64,000 bases of DNA, from contig NC_043008.1 of NCBI RefSeq assembly GCF_006345805.1, forward strand, positions 38,316,001 through 38,380,000. The letters run 5' to 3'. Below, piece by piece: positions 14,316-28,598 of the stretch (within the stretch, counting starts at the first letter, position 1; every line of letters starts with the position of its first letter). A model generated the notes under the pieces. It saw only the letters and a list, made by a program, of their open reading frames with translations. It did no database searches and was not told the origin of the DNA. Both the position numbers and the translations under genes were made by a program. This stretch comes from Octopus sinensis (taxonomy: Eukaryota).

Positions 14316-14744
14316 TTGATAAAAGAAAAGAAACAGAACTATGCATGTGTTCTTTATTGGCATAATGACCCTCAAGAGATACAACAACATATATGTCAAT
14401 ACATTTATATATATACATATATAAACATATATATATATATACACATATACGTATGCATACACACATATATGCATGAATGTATTTATGTATATAGATATAT
14501 AGAACATATATCTGCATGTTTGCACATATATGTGAGTGTGTGAGCATGCATATGTATGTGTAAACATGGAATGATATTGAAATCATTTGATGTATCCATT
14601 ATACTGTATTTGAAAAATGTACCTGCCATCTTCCCGGAAGCAATTATGTGTGTCAGTTGAGTGAGAAATTTGAAGGACTTCAGTAGAATGAGAGATTATG
14701 AGATAAGTCAAGTTCATTACTACAATTGATTAATTGACTGATTA

Positions 14745-14745
14745 G

Positions 14746-14796
<51 letters not shown>

Positions 14797-15300
14797 AATG
14801 AGAATAAGAATGTAACCAATAAAGCTGGCAAAAAGAAAGGAGGAAAGAAAGAGAAAATGAATTGATGAGAAAGAGGGATAGGTAGATAGGTAGGTAGGTG
14901 AGTAGGTAGGTAGGTAGGTAGGTAGGTAGGTAGGTAGGTAGGTAGGTAGGTAGGTAGATACATACATACATACATACATAGACAGATATATAGATAGACA
15001 GACAGATAATGAGAGAGAGAGAAGGAGAATGAGAATGTAACCATTAAGCTAGAAAAAAGAAAGGAGGAAAGAAAAAGAAAAATGAATTGATGAGAAAGAG
15101 AGAGGGATAGATACATATATAGATACATATATACATACATACATACATACATACATAGACAGACAAACGGATAGATAGATAGACGGATAGACAGACAATT
15201 AGATAGATAGATAGATAGATAGATAGACAGACAAATAGATAGATAGATAGACAGACAGACAGATATATAAAGAGAGAGGGAGAGAAAGAGGCAGAGAGAA
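14745..15300. repeat. Compound (GA)n/(GTAG)n/(CATA)n/(GATA)n block containing a duplicated ~130-bp purine-rich unit
   Basis: gaatgagaat...gtaacca...aagct...aaaaaagaaaggaggaaaga...aatgaattgatgagaaagag occurs at about 14795 and 15025. Confidence 0.8.
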
Positions 15301-15744
15301 ATGGGGAAGAGAAAGAGAAAGTCCAAGACAAGCAAAGCAAAGCTGTGCAGAAAAGAAAGCTTAAGATACTTAAAGGATAAAACAAGAGGAAAATTATATA
15401 TAAAAGGATACGAATGGTGAGATATAGAACTGATAACAAGAATAAAAATGCTTCTTACTAAAGTCCTTGAATACTTTTGATTATTGTGCCAGAAGAAACT
15501 AAAACAGTTTTGCTACTCTATCAGTCTGTGTAAATTAATAGATTAATAGACTAAGGTAGAGTTGGTTCATTCGTAGTAACTCTGTAATCATTGTTATTGA
15601 TCTTGACTTCCTTAAAGATGTGGTGGAAATATTAACTATTGATTCTTTTCTCAAAAGGATGAGTTGTATTATTATTATTATTATTTTTTTTTTTTGTATT
15701 TAGTGATATCAACTATCCAACCATTAAAAATATGTCCTAGTTTC

Positions 15745-16030
15745 ATATGATCTATGATAATGACGATGATGATGAGGAGGAGGAGGAGGATGATGATGAT
15801 GATGATGGTGCTGATGATGATGATGGTGGTGGTGGTGGTGGTGATGGTGATGATGGTGATGATGATGGTGATGATGATGATGGTGATGGTGATGGTGATG
15901 GTGATGATGAAGATGATGATGATGATGATGATGATGATGGTGATGGTGATGGTGATGATGAAGATGATGATGATGATGATGATGATGGTGATGGTGATGA
16001 TGAAGATGATGATGGTGATGATGATGATTT
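15745..16030. repeat. (GAT/GGT)n trinucleotide array
   Basis: Visible directly; the polyD/polyM ORFs are artefacts. Confidence 0.95.
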
Positions 16031-16244
16031 CTAATTTTAGCACAAAGTAAAAAAATTTTGAGGGGAGGTGTGAGTCATTTGCATTGACTCCAGTACTTTG
16101 CCAGTGCTTTTTTTATTGATCCACAAAAGCATGGAAAGTAAAGTGAACCTTAGTGACAACAGAATTCAGAATTTAAAGAACAAGAAGAAATGCTACTAAG
16201 CCTTTTGTCCAATGTGGTAAGGATTCTGACAATTCAATGATAAC

Positions 16245-16304
<60 letters not shown>

Positions 16305-16315
16305 CATGATAATAA

Positions 16316-16592
16316 TAAATGCCCTGATGCAGTACAAGGCAGTGGCTCTCATGGCTTCTGATCTTAACTGATTGGAAGTGTTATCATGTGCATTGTTTTG
16401 TCTTGGTATAAAAGATGGGCTACAGCAAATATTCTGCTCAATACCACAGATTTGCTTGTCAGTTGTTTGACCTTAACCAGTTGAGCCTGTCCCTTAGTGA
16501 CTGATGATATGAGCAGAAGTAGTGGGGGAGTATCATAGCCATGTGTTGAAAGGAATTCTCAGAGGTTTGGATAATTCACCTTTGGAAACATG
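16316..16592 (-). mobile_element. Unclassified retroposon 3' end abutting a (TAA)n tract
   Basis: Unique ~280-bp segment that ends on the minus strand in ...actgcatcagggcatt(tat)n; (TAA)n targeting is known for Dong/R4-type elements (inference). Confidence 0.4.
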
Positions 16593-16600
16593 TCATTACA

Positions 16601-17090
16601 ATATTACGGCCACAAAAAGGCAGTGAGCCGGCAGAAACATTAGCATGCTGAACAAAATGCTTAGCACTATTTCGTCTGTCTTTACATTCTGAGTTCAAAT
16701 TCCACCAAGGTCAGCTTTTCCTTTCATCCTTTCAGGGTTGATAAATTAAGTACTTGTTGCATACTGGGGACGATCTAAACAACTGGCCCCCTCTACAAAA
16801 ATTTTGGGCCTTGTGCCTAGAGAAGAAAAGAATATTATGGCCACAAAACAAGGCAGTGAGCCAGCAGAATTATTAGGGTGCTTGACAAAATGCTTAACAG
16901 CATTGCATCTGTCTTGACATTCTGAGTTCAAATCCCACCCCCTTCCCCAAGGTCGATTTTGCTCTTCATCCTTTCAGGATCGATGAAACAAGTACAAATT
17001 GATCCCTGGGGTCAATGTAATCAACTTATTCCACTCTTTTAAAATTGCTGGCCTTGTGCCAAAATTTGAAGCCAATATCATGACCACAAA
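16601..17090 (+). mobile_element. Tandem array of SINE family C units (2 units plus the start of a third)
   Basis: Unit start atatta(c/t)ggccacaaaa at 16601 and 16832, variant atatcatgaccacaaaa at 17075; each full unit has a B box and the cctttcatcctttcaggg domain. Confidence 0.8.
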
Positions 17091-18734
17091 ATTGCCAGAT
17101 GCTTTAGAAGTTCTGGATTTGGTTTCACTGCATGGTATCTTGGATGTCTTTTACCTTAATCTTGGTTCGATCAAAGCCTTGTAAGGGAAACTGGGACGAC
17201 AGAAGAAACAGTACCGAATGCCTGTTAAAGAAATTGCATTTGTAATTCAAAAGCCCACTTTTCTCTTACACTGTATCATACAGACTCTTTCTGAGAATTA
17301 CGTTAAAGGTACATGTGTTCGTGGAGTGTTCATCTTGTTATGTGCTAATTCAATGAGCAAGTAATTCAGTTGATTGAACAGCAGTATATACATTGCCATT
17401 CACTCACTTTTTCTTTTGCTCTCTAATTTTGTGCATGCATATGGGCATATACATGTGTGTATGCAGTTACACATGCACAAGCATACACAGCATGAAGGCA
17501 ATAATTAGTTTTAAACATCCAGGAGATTTCGGTGAATAGAAAGCAAAATGGCAGCATTCAGTCATACAAGCTGCTGGTAGAAATTTCATTTTTCTTTATA
17601 TTTTCTTCTTATTTAGGTTGTTTAATACATAATGCGATACAAAGTGATCATAATGATAGATAGTGGTACATGTAAATAGCTGTGTGTGGAATGGAGAAAG
17701 ATGGACTGGGAAGCTAACAGAAGGAAGAAATAGATAGATGGAAACAGAGAGAGAGAGAGACAAAAACAGAGGGAGTGAGTGAGACAGACAGACACAGAAA
17801 CTGAAAGAGAGGGCAAAAGAGAGACAGATAAAGCAGGAACAGAGAGAGGATCACCAAGATAAAAATTTATTTTGGCAAATTAATTCCTCTGATATAAAAA
17901 TACAACTAATTCCTGGAGTCAAAATCACATGCACACACACACACTTTTACACACATACACATGGAGGCTATTATATATCTAAATTGGAAAATGGGATTAT
18001 ATTATAGGAAATATTTGATTAGATCAACCAGAGAAACTGAATTTCTCTCAGTCAACACACAATTTAATTCATATATTTGACTTCTGAAAGTTTTTTCTCT
18101 ATCTTGCTCTAATATTTTTTTCTCTCAGAGTGTGAGTGTCATTAACTCCTTATTACAAACTGAAATGGTTTTCTTTCATGCAATTACATGGCGATTTTAT
18201 TCCCTATTTATTGAGATGTCAAAATAAAATATATTAGTCTCATACAAATTGTGGATATATATGTGTGCGTTCAGATATAAATCTAATTATACACATGTTA
18301 GCAGTAGTACAACATTTCTCTTTTTCTTTAACTCTAGTGATCCACACACACAACAAAAATAATATGCATATCCTACAGGAAAATAAATTTCTATTTTTGC
18401 ATTACGAGTCCAAACAGCATTTAAATGATGGTCTGAAGAGATTAGCTGGTGTTATCACCAGGAATAGGATTCAAAAGAACTGAAGAGTTTGACAACATAA
18501 CAGGGCTAATAATGATTTCTAACAAGGGCATAAGATCGCAAATTTGTGGGGAGGAATTAGTTATTAAATCAAACCCAGCAGTAACTTGGTACTTTATTTC
18601 ATTGGCCCCAGAAAGTGAAAGAAAAAGTTGCTGACTTTAGCAAAATTTAACTCAGACCGTGGTTGGGAAGCAAGCTTCTCAACCACATATACCTGTGACT
18701 ATGGCTGGTGTATCAAATATTTATATTCTTAATT

Positions 18735-18880
18735 CTTTACTGCCCATAAGGGGCTACACACAGAGGGGACAAACAAGGACAGACAAACGGATTAAGTTGA
18801 TTATATCGACACCAGTGCGTAACTGGTACTTATTTAATTGACCCCGGTCATCTTTACCCTTTCTGTGAGTACAGATTTTT
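18735..18880 (-). mobile_element. SINE family C 3' part
   Basis: Reverse complement matches the tails at 8130-8225 and 52340-52435. Confidence 0.75.
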
Positions 18881-19859
18881 GCAAAGAATTGATATTTCCT
18901 CAATGTTATTATTGCTGAGCAGTTGTGAGCTTTTTTGTTCAAAAACTAGGATATTTGAAAAAATATGAAAAATGGGCAGAAATTCTTCACATTTAAAATT
19001 ATTATTTATCATATTTCATATCCACACTATAACATTTACTACTTAAAATTTTCATTATTTCTAACAATTAAACAAAAATAATTAAATTAAATAAAAGATC
19101 AGAAATGACAATAAGTATTTTCCTTGATATTTTTATACTTATACTTTTCCCTAATCATCTTTTATTTATTTATTTACAAATTTTACCCTGAATTGAGAAA
19201 TTCAATTTCCTTTCTTCCTAATTTAGGTTCCTGTTTAACAAACAATTAACAAAACAAGTACAAAAAAAAAAGACCTTCAAAAATCAAAGAAAAGAACGAA
19301 AAAATCATTCATTCTATAATTTATCTATTCACTGCTGCTTAAAGAAAAAACAGAAAGCAATTAAAAATACTTAACATTATTTTCAATATTGCACAAGCAA
19401 GTCTGTTTCAGTATTATGGTTCAATATCGCCTAGCTTTATCTTTGAGATCAGCTGCTCCTTCAATCCATTCTGCTCACCGTTTTTCATTAACCTTTTAAT
19501 GTCTTACAATGCAAAATCTTTACTAATTTCTTTTTTTATTTATACAATTGCCTGGAGGGAAAAAATAAGGAGGAAGAGAGCAGAAACTATAATATAAAGA
19601 CAATAATATAAAATATCGAATAAGAAATACTAAATAAATAGTTATAATAAAATACGTGAATATAAACCCTACAGGACTATTGGTTTTCAATTATATATTT
19701 CCATGACTTGAAACTATAAAAAGCGAATTTAGTTTTTATGTTTCTACATGATTGTATTTATGCATTCACATATGTATACGTGCATGTATTTGCATGCATG
19801 TGAGCATGAAATGAAGGCACACACATACATATGTACAAAATGAATGCTTTATTACTTAG

Positions 19860-19904
19860 CTAGCACATCTCATCTTAAATATATAGGCATATGTGTATGT
19901 GCAC

Positions 19905-19950
<46 letters not shown>

Positions 19951-20251
19951 TTCTCACTCTCTCTCTCTCTATATATATATACATATATGTATGTATATAT
20001 ATATGTGTGTGTATATATATATATATATATACACACATACATACATATATACATACATACATACTTACATACATATATATATATGTGTGTATATTGTGTG
20101 TATATATATTATATGTGTATATATAGTGTGTGTATATATATATACACACATACATATATACACCACATATGTATATATATACATACATACATACATACAT
20201 ATATATATGTGTATATATTGTGTGTATATATATTATATGTGTATATATATA

Positions 20252-20294
<43 letters not shown>

Positions 20295-20330
20295 GTATGC
20301 ATGTATGTATCTGTGTTTTGAGTGTGTATG
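19860..20330. repeat. Large compound (TA)/(CA)/(TG) microsatellite
   Basis: Visible directly. Confidence 0.95.
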
Positions 20331-20710
20331 TGCATAAATTGCTATGTTTTTCATTTCATTCACAATTTTCTCACTCAGATTCCAACACACACAGAATATG
20401 TGTACAGATGCACAGACAACTCCAAGCATACAAACACAAACAAATACAAACATCCACAAAAGCAAAATCAATATAAACAAAATAAGATTTTTATGTCTTT
20501 ATACTATGATCATAAAAAAAGCAAAATTGGTTGGGTTATTGGATTACAACCCACAGTTCTATAGTTCAAATACGGAGCAGAAGTTTTCTTTTGTTCTTAG
20601 CATCACAATTAATAGCTTATTGCTGCCATTGATTTTATTATTCCATTCCAAAAGATTATTCTTAAAATTGACTAGAATTTTGACTAATGATGTAATTTAT
20701 GTATTATCTA

Positions 20711-20785
<75 letters not shown>

Positions 20786-21249
20786 TATATATACATATAT
20801 ATATATATGCACATATATATATATATAATTATATATAAAAATACACACAAATGCACACACATACACACACACCTACATAGACATGTGTATAAAATATTTT
20901 AAAATTAGTCCGATGTCTAGCTGTTTTCTCAGACACAGAAATATTATATTTATTATATATTGTTATACAAAATATTATATCATGTATAATTAAATAACAA
21001 ATATATTAGGCAAGTTATTATACTCTTCAATAACATCAAGCTCTTATGCTTATGTATGCATGTGTGTGTGAGTACCTGTGCTTATATGTATGTTTGAATG
21101 TCTGTCTGTATGCATATGTATGAATGTATGTATGTATGTATGTATGTATGTATGTATGTATGTATGTATGTATGTATGTATGTATATGTGCAGATTTTTT
21201 ATGTATGTATTCTCATGTATATAGTTGCATCTCTAGACATGCTCATATA

Positions 21250-21388
21250 TATTTAAATGATAAACTTTTGGAAAGTTTTACAGATTTTTATAGTTCCAGT
21301 GATGGATTGGATCAGTAGTCTTCAAATTATCTTTCTCCTTTTTGGTTTTGGGAAGCCTAATTTCTCAAGATTGGTATTTAGGCAGTAT
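21250..21388 (-). mobile_element. Short 3' end of the RLE-type LINE also present at 32750
   Basis: CLNTNLEKLGFPKPKRRKII...ITGTIKICKTFQKFII* matches the 32755-33195 C-terminus; truncated against (TATG)n. Confidence 0.85.
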
Positions 21389-22563
21389 GTATGTATGTAT
21401 GTATGTATGTGTGTGTGTATGTATGTATGTATGTATGTATGTATGTATGTATGTATGTATGTATGTATGTATGTATGTATTATGTATGTATGTATGTATG
21501 TACGCATGCATGTATGTACATATGTATGTATGTATGTAATATACACTCTTTGTTGTGTGCAAACAATAGAAAATCCTCAATAGCTTAATAGGGTTTATAT
21601 AGTGAAATTTATGATGAACATCAATATGCTTTCTCTGCTGGCATGGGTTGGATGGGTTGTCGTGCTTCATGTTGTTGTCTGTTCAGAGTTACTTCCCCCT
21701 ATATGGCTCAATGTATTGGGAACCATATCTCACTTGTATGTGCTCTCTTGGCATGCTTTCTATGGCTGGTTGCTCTTATATCAATCACTTTAGAATACTC
21801 TGAATGCATCTTATTCAGCACTAGAGAAATTCTCATGTTCTTGGAAAGACAAAACAATAATACTTGAGTATTATCTACTCTCGTATGTCAATCACTTTAT
21901 AGTGTACTGGGAGTATTTTCATTTTATCACTGAAAGAACACTACTTATGTTGTTTCATATTCTACAAAAAAGAAGAGATTTTCTGCTCTCATTTGAACAT
22001 ATATGTGTATATATGTATGTATATATAATTTGTATGTTTCATTCTTTTACTTGTTTCAGTCATTTGAATGTGGTCATGCTGGAGCATCGCCTTTAGTCAC
22101 ACAAATTAACCCTAGGATTTATTTATTCTTTGTAAGCCTAATACTTATTCTATTGGTCTCTTTTGCCAAGCTGCTAGGATATGGAGACTGGTGCATCCTC
22201 AGAATCTATTTCCTTTTATTTTACAATATCATACAACATATTTTTATGGTTATGATGACCTACATATGTTTCCACTGCAGTTGAAACACATTCGAGGATG
22301 TACCAGTCTCTATATTCTCTATCAATATGACTGTTGCAAATAAACACTCCATATAATATTACCATCCAGTGAAGTGAACACAGAATTACCCACTAAAGGA
22401 ATTTACAGCATGAGTGACAACTCAGAGTAGTCAAAGACTAAATGCATCGATTAGTATTTAGTACTAATCTATGCAGTTAGCCATAACCTGGAACATAACT
22501 GAGAGCTACCATGGTATCTGCCTGGATAATATATCCCTCTTAACTCACAATAAAATATATATA

Positions 22564-22591
<28 letters not shown>

Positions 22592-22594
<3 letters not shown>

Positions 22595-22831
22595 GAATGG
22601 TTGTATACTGTCAATCTAACACGAACGTGACAGCAGGGGGGTACATCACCGCTGTTTAGCCCTAGGAAGCATCGACGCCTCCTGATGGCTTTGACACATT
22701 TTTCTGTGTCCTTATATACATTTATGTGTCAAAGCCATCAGGAGGCGTCGATGCTTCCTAGGGCTAAACAGCGGTGGTGTACCCCCCTACTGTCACGTTC
22801 ATGTTAGATTGACAGTATACAACCATTCTAT
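22592..22831. repeat. Long inverted repeat: 108-bp arms, 24-nt loop
   Basis: Arms 22592-22699 and 22724-22831 differ at 3 positions (all transitions); GC- and CpG-rich relative to the flanks; (TA)n on the left. Confidence 0.97.
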
Positions 22832-22951
22832 CGCCCCGCCACCGTACATGTCTCTACGAGAGATTTAGAAATTTAGTATTTCTGATATATATATATATAT
22901 ATATATTTATATATGATTACAATCATATTATATATATAGATTTTCTTCTAG

Positions 22952-22990
22952 TAATACATATGGAATTTGTTAGAATTTCAAAAGAAAGCG
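22952..22990 (+). CDS. Candidate microexon (39 nt, phase 1-1), xIHMEFVRISKES
   Basis: Acceptor attttcttctag, donor GCG|gtatgc; open frame; no homology recognised. Confidence 0.2.
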
Positions 22991-23556
22991 GTATGCTTCT
23001 TCTTGTTTGTATAATCTGTCAGAATTAAGAAAGATAGAGTAAGTTAGATATCAATAATTTTTATCAAACCTCTGGACAATCCCTGAAATTTCTGTCAGAC
23101 TTCTATTACGGGATTGAGATCATATCAGAGAATTATCAACTAGATTAAACTGTGTTGAAATCTAAACTTTCAGCTAAACTCCTTAACTGAAAGCAAATAT
23201 TGTGATTATAAACATGACAAAGGTGATGATAAGGAAGACAATGATGATGATGATGATGATGATGATAGTGGTGACAATGATGATGATTGTGATGATGATG
23301 ATGATGATGATGTTGATGATGGTGATGATGATGTTGAAGAGGAGGATGATTATGATGATAACGATGATATGATGAATATGAAGATGATGATGATGACGAC
23401 GACGATGACAATGATGATAGTCAATTTTGGAATTTTGTCACAAAGCGTACTGTTTCTCCTCTTCTGAGGTACTAGAAAGCTACTAAAGAGTACCTCATAT
23501 AAACTAGTATAAAGATATGAAACACCAATATTGACAATCAAAGCAACATGATAATG

Positions 23557-23606
<50 letters not shown>

Positions 23607-23716
23607 CATTATCATTGTTTAACGTCCGCTTTCCATGCTAGTATGGGTTGGAAGATTTTGACTGAGGGCTGGCAATAATAATAATAATGATAATGATGAT
23701 AGTAGTAGTAGTGGTG

Positions 23717-23778
<62 letters not shown>

Positions 23779-24393
23779 TACAACAACAAGAGCAACAACT
23801 ATCACACAGGGGAAAACATTGGGAAAGACAGTATCTGTAAATAGAATAAATATGATAACCTAAATGGAATTTCAGTAATGCATTAAGTTTATAAGATGGT
23901 TTATTTCTTAATGGTAATTAAAACTGCCTGAGCGGATTACAAATAATTTATTCTTGGTTCTATTTAAAATATAGCTGATGGTCTTTCATTTATATGGAGC
24001 AACAGAATGCAAATTTTCAAAGATGATGCTTCTAAGATAGTTAGCTTCGGTTTCTTAAGTTTTAGCAGAATATTACTGATATACATGTGATGTATTACTG
24101 GTGCTACATTAACAAATACATGTGGCCATATCAAAAAAAAGAGAGAGAGAGAGAGAGAGAGAAAAGGTTATTTGCTTGATTAATGAAGATTTACTACTCA
24201 GCAAATTTCATAGTCAACAGACATGCTATATCGTGCTTTAGGTTTATCTATAGTTACTTTGTCGTTAAATCTTCTGAAGTTCTAAGCTGCTTGCCATTTC
24301 ATCTTCCCATCTATTCCCTCACTAACCACCTCTTCCCTTCATATCCAAGGCCACAAACTGTTTGAGTCAATGAAGTGCCAGATAAAAAACAAT

Positions 24394-24805
24394 TTCTCTT
24401 TTACTCTTTTACTTGTTTCAATCATTTGACTGTGGCCATGCTGGAGCACCGCCTTTAGTCGACCAAATCGACCCCAGGACTTATTCTTTGTAAGCCTAGT
24501 ACTTATTCTATTGGTATCTTTTTGCCGAACCTCTAAGTTACAAGGACGTAAACACACCAGCATCGGTTGTCATGCAATGTTGGGGTTACAAACACAGACA
24601 CACAAACATATACACACATACACACACACACACATATACGATGGGCTTCTTTCAGTTTCCGTCTACCAAATCCCCTCACAAGGCTTTGGTCAGCCTGAGG
24701 CTATAGTAGAAGACACTTGCCCAAGGTGTCACACAGTGGGACTGAACCCGGAACCATGTGGTTATTAAGCAAGCTACTTACCACACAGCCATTCCCACTC
24801 CTACA
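24394..24805 (-). mobile_element. SINE family A, full length
   Basis: Collinear reverse complement of the 3051 copy. Confidence 0.85.
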
Positions 24806-25206
24806 TTGGGGAATTTATGCTGGTAACTTACTTTCTGGGTTGAAACTGTTGAGGTAACCTTTGCCACTCATTCTTCTGGGGAGGGGATGTGGCTGATAAA
24901 TAAAATACCAGTCGAGGGAAGAAACAAAACTATTAGAGCATCATAGAGGGTAGCTCTTCATATTGTGAGTTCAAATCATACTGTGTCCTCCTTTGGTGGC
25001 AGGTTTAGTCCACCATTCAACTTTATGCAGAAAACTGAAGAAAAACCAGTATTGAGGTGCATTCTATTGTGTGAAAGCTTAGACAAATGTCATCTATTAT
25101 AACCTCAGGTCACAAATGAAGTTCATCATATATATATATTATCCAAAATTTACAGTATTATATATCCATCAATGCTGATCTTACCAATTGGTTTCATGCA
25201 AGGAAT

Positions 25207-25311
25207 ACAATGAAGTGTTAGGTAATAATCCGATTATATAACATTACACTCATTAGAGTTAGCTGATAGCATATGGTTATATAATCGGATTGTTACTTAA
25301 CACACCATTGT
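25207..25311. repeat. Hairpin, 36-bp arms (4 mismatches), 33-nt loop
   Basis: acaatgaagtgttaggtaataatccgattatataac / gttatataatcggattgttacttaacacaccattgt. Confidence 0.85.
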
Positions 25312-26519
25312 GGGCATCCAGTTGTAGAATCTGTACCAAAGATGACATTTGAGCCTTGACATAGCTTTGCTGCTTACTGGTTGCCTGTCAAACCATCTAA
25401 CCCATGCCAGCATGGAAAGAGGATGTTAAAAGTGGATGGTGAAGAGGATGATTATGATACATATATATATATATTTTTATAGAATCATTTGTGTTTGTTT
25501 GTGTCTCTTTGTCTTATCATCCTATGAGTGTTGGTTATAATCAAGTGGAGTCACTTTTTTCCAGTCTTCTGAGAGAACATATTTGACCACAAGAAAATGT
25601 TGCCTTGGTTGGAAACCAATATGGTTTGGTGACATCCAAGCATAGAAAATCTGCCTCAACAAAATCAGTCTGACCATGCAAGCATGAGAAAGATGAACAT
25701 TAAAACAGTGATGCAATGACGATTTCAACTATGATGATGATGGTGGTGTTGCTTACAGTTGAAAACTGCAAGTTTTGAGGAGATATTAAGATTAACTAGC
25801 ACCATCAAACTGGCACTGGAATTGGTATACATTTAGTGTAACATTGGAACATCAACTGCCATTTTCTTTAAGGTTTTTTTTTTTTTTTTTTTTTTTACTT
25901 TTCTACAACTGAATAATTTTACCTGCAATATATTAACATTCTATCCAGTGAGAGATTTATCTTTTCTTCTTTCAAAATAATAGAACGGGGAGATAAGCAC
26001 CAGTTTTACAAGCTCTTGTGATCGTACAGTCATTTATTTATATCTTCTCCATTTTCTTACAAAAAACTCCTGCTAGATGTGGCATTAAGCACTGGCTTTA
26101 AGAGCTTATGTGGCTTATATAGACATTCATCATTATTTTTATTTTTCCTTGTTTTAAATTGTATAATTTAACTTGTATATTTATGGAAATTTGACCTTTA
26201 GTTTGATAACTTTAACACATTTATACATAAAAACCTAACGTTGTATGTATTTAAAAAAGTATAGAAACACTTTTAAGAGATATTTACTAGTTTTCAGAAA
26301 CTTAAAATATAAGTTGGTGGTCTTATCAGATTGAATATAAATGTATTTAACGAAATAAAACAAGAGAAAAAAGGATTAATTCTGGACAAGGCAAAAAAAA
26401 GTAAAAGAAAAAAGAAAGAACAGAAAATACTTTTGTGAGACAAAAAACTATTTTTCATGGTTTTGAGAATGTGTTCTTCTACAATTACGTGCCTTTCAAA
26501 TTTCCGCCATGTCTTTCAG

Positions 26520-26558
26520 TATTCTTATAGTTTATCATTGGAGCAGAAAGTAGCTAGA
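26520..26558 (+). CDS. Candidate microexon (39 nt, phase 0-0), YSYSLSLEQKVAR
   Basis: Acceptor catgtctttcag, consensus donor AGA|gtaagt; single open frame; unique repeat-free neighbourhood. Confidence 0.25.
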
Positions 26559-26847
26559 GTAAGTTCTATCTTATCTAATCCAACTAACATAGGATATCTT
26601 CATTCGTTCACCTGGTAATGCGTCCATCAAAAGAGAAAATAAAACGGCAGCAAAAAAGGAAAAAAAACATTAGAAAAATGAATTCTATATCAAAGCAATG
26701 CAAAAATAAAGGGGAAAAAATAAAAGACTTGTTTTCTAAAGCAGATTTTTATATAAACTCAAAGAATGGTGGAATAATAATACTAATGATAGTGATAACA
26801 ATATTTAAAATAATAACGATAACAATGATGATGATGATGATGTTGAC

Positions 26848-26891
<44 letters not shown>

Positions 26892-27414
26892 CAATGATAG
26901 TAATTTAATCAGTAGTTAAAAAACAGAAAGCTGTCTTAATTTCATCCTTAAGTGAATCAGCAATTTCTGTGCATTTGGAGGAAATAATATTGAAACCATA
27001 AATATGAATGATTCCATGTTGTCAATAATGTAGAAAACTAAGAATATTGATGATAACGATGATGATGATGATGATGATGAAGATGATGATTATGGTTATG
27101 ATGATAATAATGGTTTCTCGTTTATGCTCAAGGCCAGCAATTTTTTAGAGCAGGGTTATTTGACTAGTGCTGTATTTTATCGACCCCACCAAAGGGAGAA
27201 AGGCAAAGTTGACCTCAGCAGTATTTGAACTCAGAGTGTAAAGTGCCAAAGGAAATATTGTTTTTTTTTTGTTTTTTGATGCTTTATAATCCAATTTCTT
27301 TATTTGCCACAAGGGATACAGATAGTATGATATTAGATAGAAAGATGTATTACAAAATTAGTATGGATTTAGACAGAACCAAATAAAGGAGAATAGATAT
27401 AGTAAATGACAGTA

Positions 27415-27737
27415 TGTGGAGGTGCAATGACCCAGTGGTTAGGGCGGCGGACTTGTGGTCAGAGGATCGTGGTTTCAATTCCCAGACTGGGCGTTGTGCA
27501 TGTTTATTGAGCGAAAATACCTAAAGCACCACAAGGCTCTGGCAGGGGGTGGCGGCGACCCTTGTTTTACTCTTTCACCCCAACTTTCTCTCACTCTCTC
27601 TTCCTGTTTCTTGAGTAATGCTGCGATGGACTGGCATCCTGTCCAGCTGGGGGGAACATGTACGCCACAGAAACCAGGAAACCAGGCCCATGAGCCTGGC
27701 TAGGCTTGAAAACAGCACATAAATAAATAAATAAAAT
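27415..27737 (+). mobile_element. SINE family D (tRNA head; ctgcgatggactggcatcctgtccag tail)
   Basis: A box tgacccagtgg, B box ggtttcaattccc; collinear with 32438 and 36197. Confidence 0.85.
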
Positions 27738-27849
27738 GACAGTATACATGAGAAATGAATTGAACATGGGGACAGTCACTAACAACCAATAAAGGAACCC
27801 TTCAGATCTAAAATTACCCTTGACTACCAAAGACTTGTGACTTTTTCTA

Positions 27850-28280
27850 GTTGTGCTATCCAGCCTTTAAGTATATATTTAGAATAGGCCCACTCATTCA
27901 GTCCACACTTGCTACTCACACTAACCTTTGAGAAATTTATTTAAGGGCAGCACTGCTTTCCTCTACCCTCACCTCTCTTCTCAAGTGAAATGTGAAGAAA
28001 TTGATGAGGGCTTGGTTAAACAGATCCACTATAAAACCTTTTCTGTCATAGCCACCAGAGGTGGGAAAACTGGTTGTACTTCTTAGCCAAAGGATTGCAA
28101 CGGTGTAATCTGCTCAATAGGTTTCGCTGATAACCAGATCTGTCCTACATTTAAAATAACTGTTTTACATAACTCCTCAAGTTAGTAATGTTCAGCTACG
28201 TGCATGCAGAATGGTTTCATCACCCTGCTCACATCTCATGCAGGCCTTGATAACAGCACTCCCAAACCTGTAGACTTTGT
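27850..28280 (-). pseudogene. Tx1/L1-type LINE ORF2 C-terminal fragment
   Basis: KACMRCEQGDETILHA (CCHC zinc-knuckle pattern CxxCxxxxETxxH) followed by FNQALINFFTFHLRREVRVEE; stops in between. Confidence 0.6.
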
Positions 28281-28598
28281 CTCCCAAAAGGAGATAAAGT
28301 CCATAAAATAATATTATAATAACAATAATATCGAGAACATAATTCCTTTTATGGTATTTCACTAAAAGAAGAATTAAAAGCAGTGATTACTTTTTATAGT
28401 TACAATATCTCTATATTTAATAGGAAGAGTATGCATGAACTAACATCGTTAAAAATATGAGCGAAGCAATGTAATTGAATCCAAATGAAATTTCTAGATT
28501 TCTTTTGATGTATGTGCACACATGTACACATATTCATGTTCATGTGTGTACGCCTGTAGACTCTTAAATTCTGACCTTACCAAATGCATATCAGTTAG

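Noticed and set aside
18950-19551. Strong minus-strand acceptor (ttttttccctccag) followed by AT-rich unique DNA, a possible terminal exon
   Set aside because: All frames stop within 10 codons and no upstream minus-strand exon chain could be found.
23023-23038. 16-nt AG/GTAAGT-bounded microexon
   Set aside because: Only 32 nt from the 22952 candidate (intron too short) and not frame-preserving; no further support.
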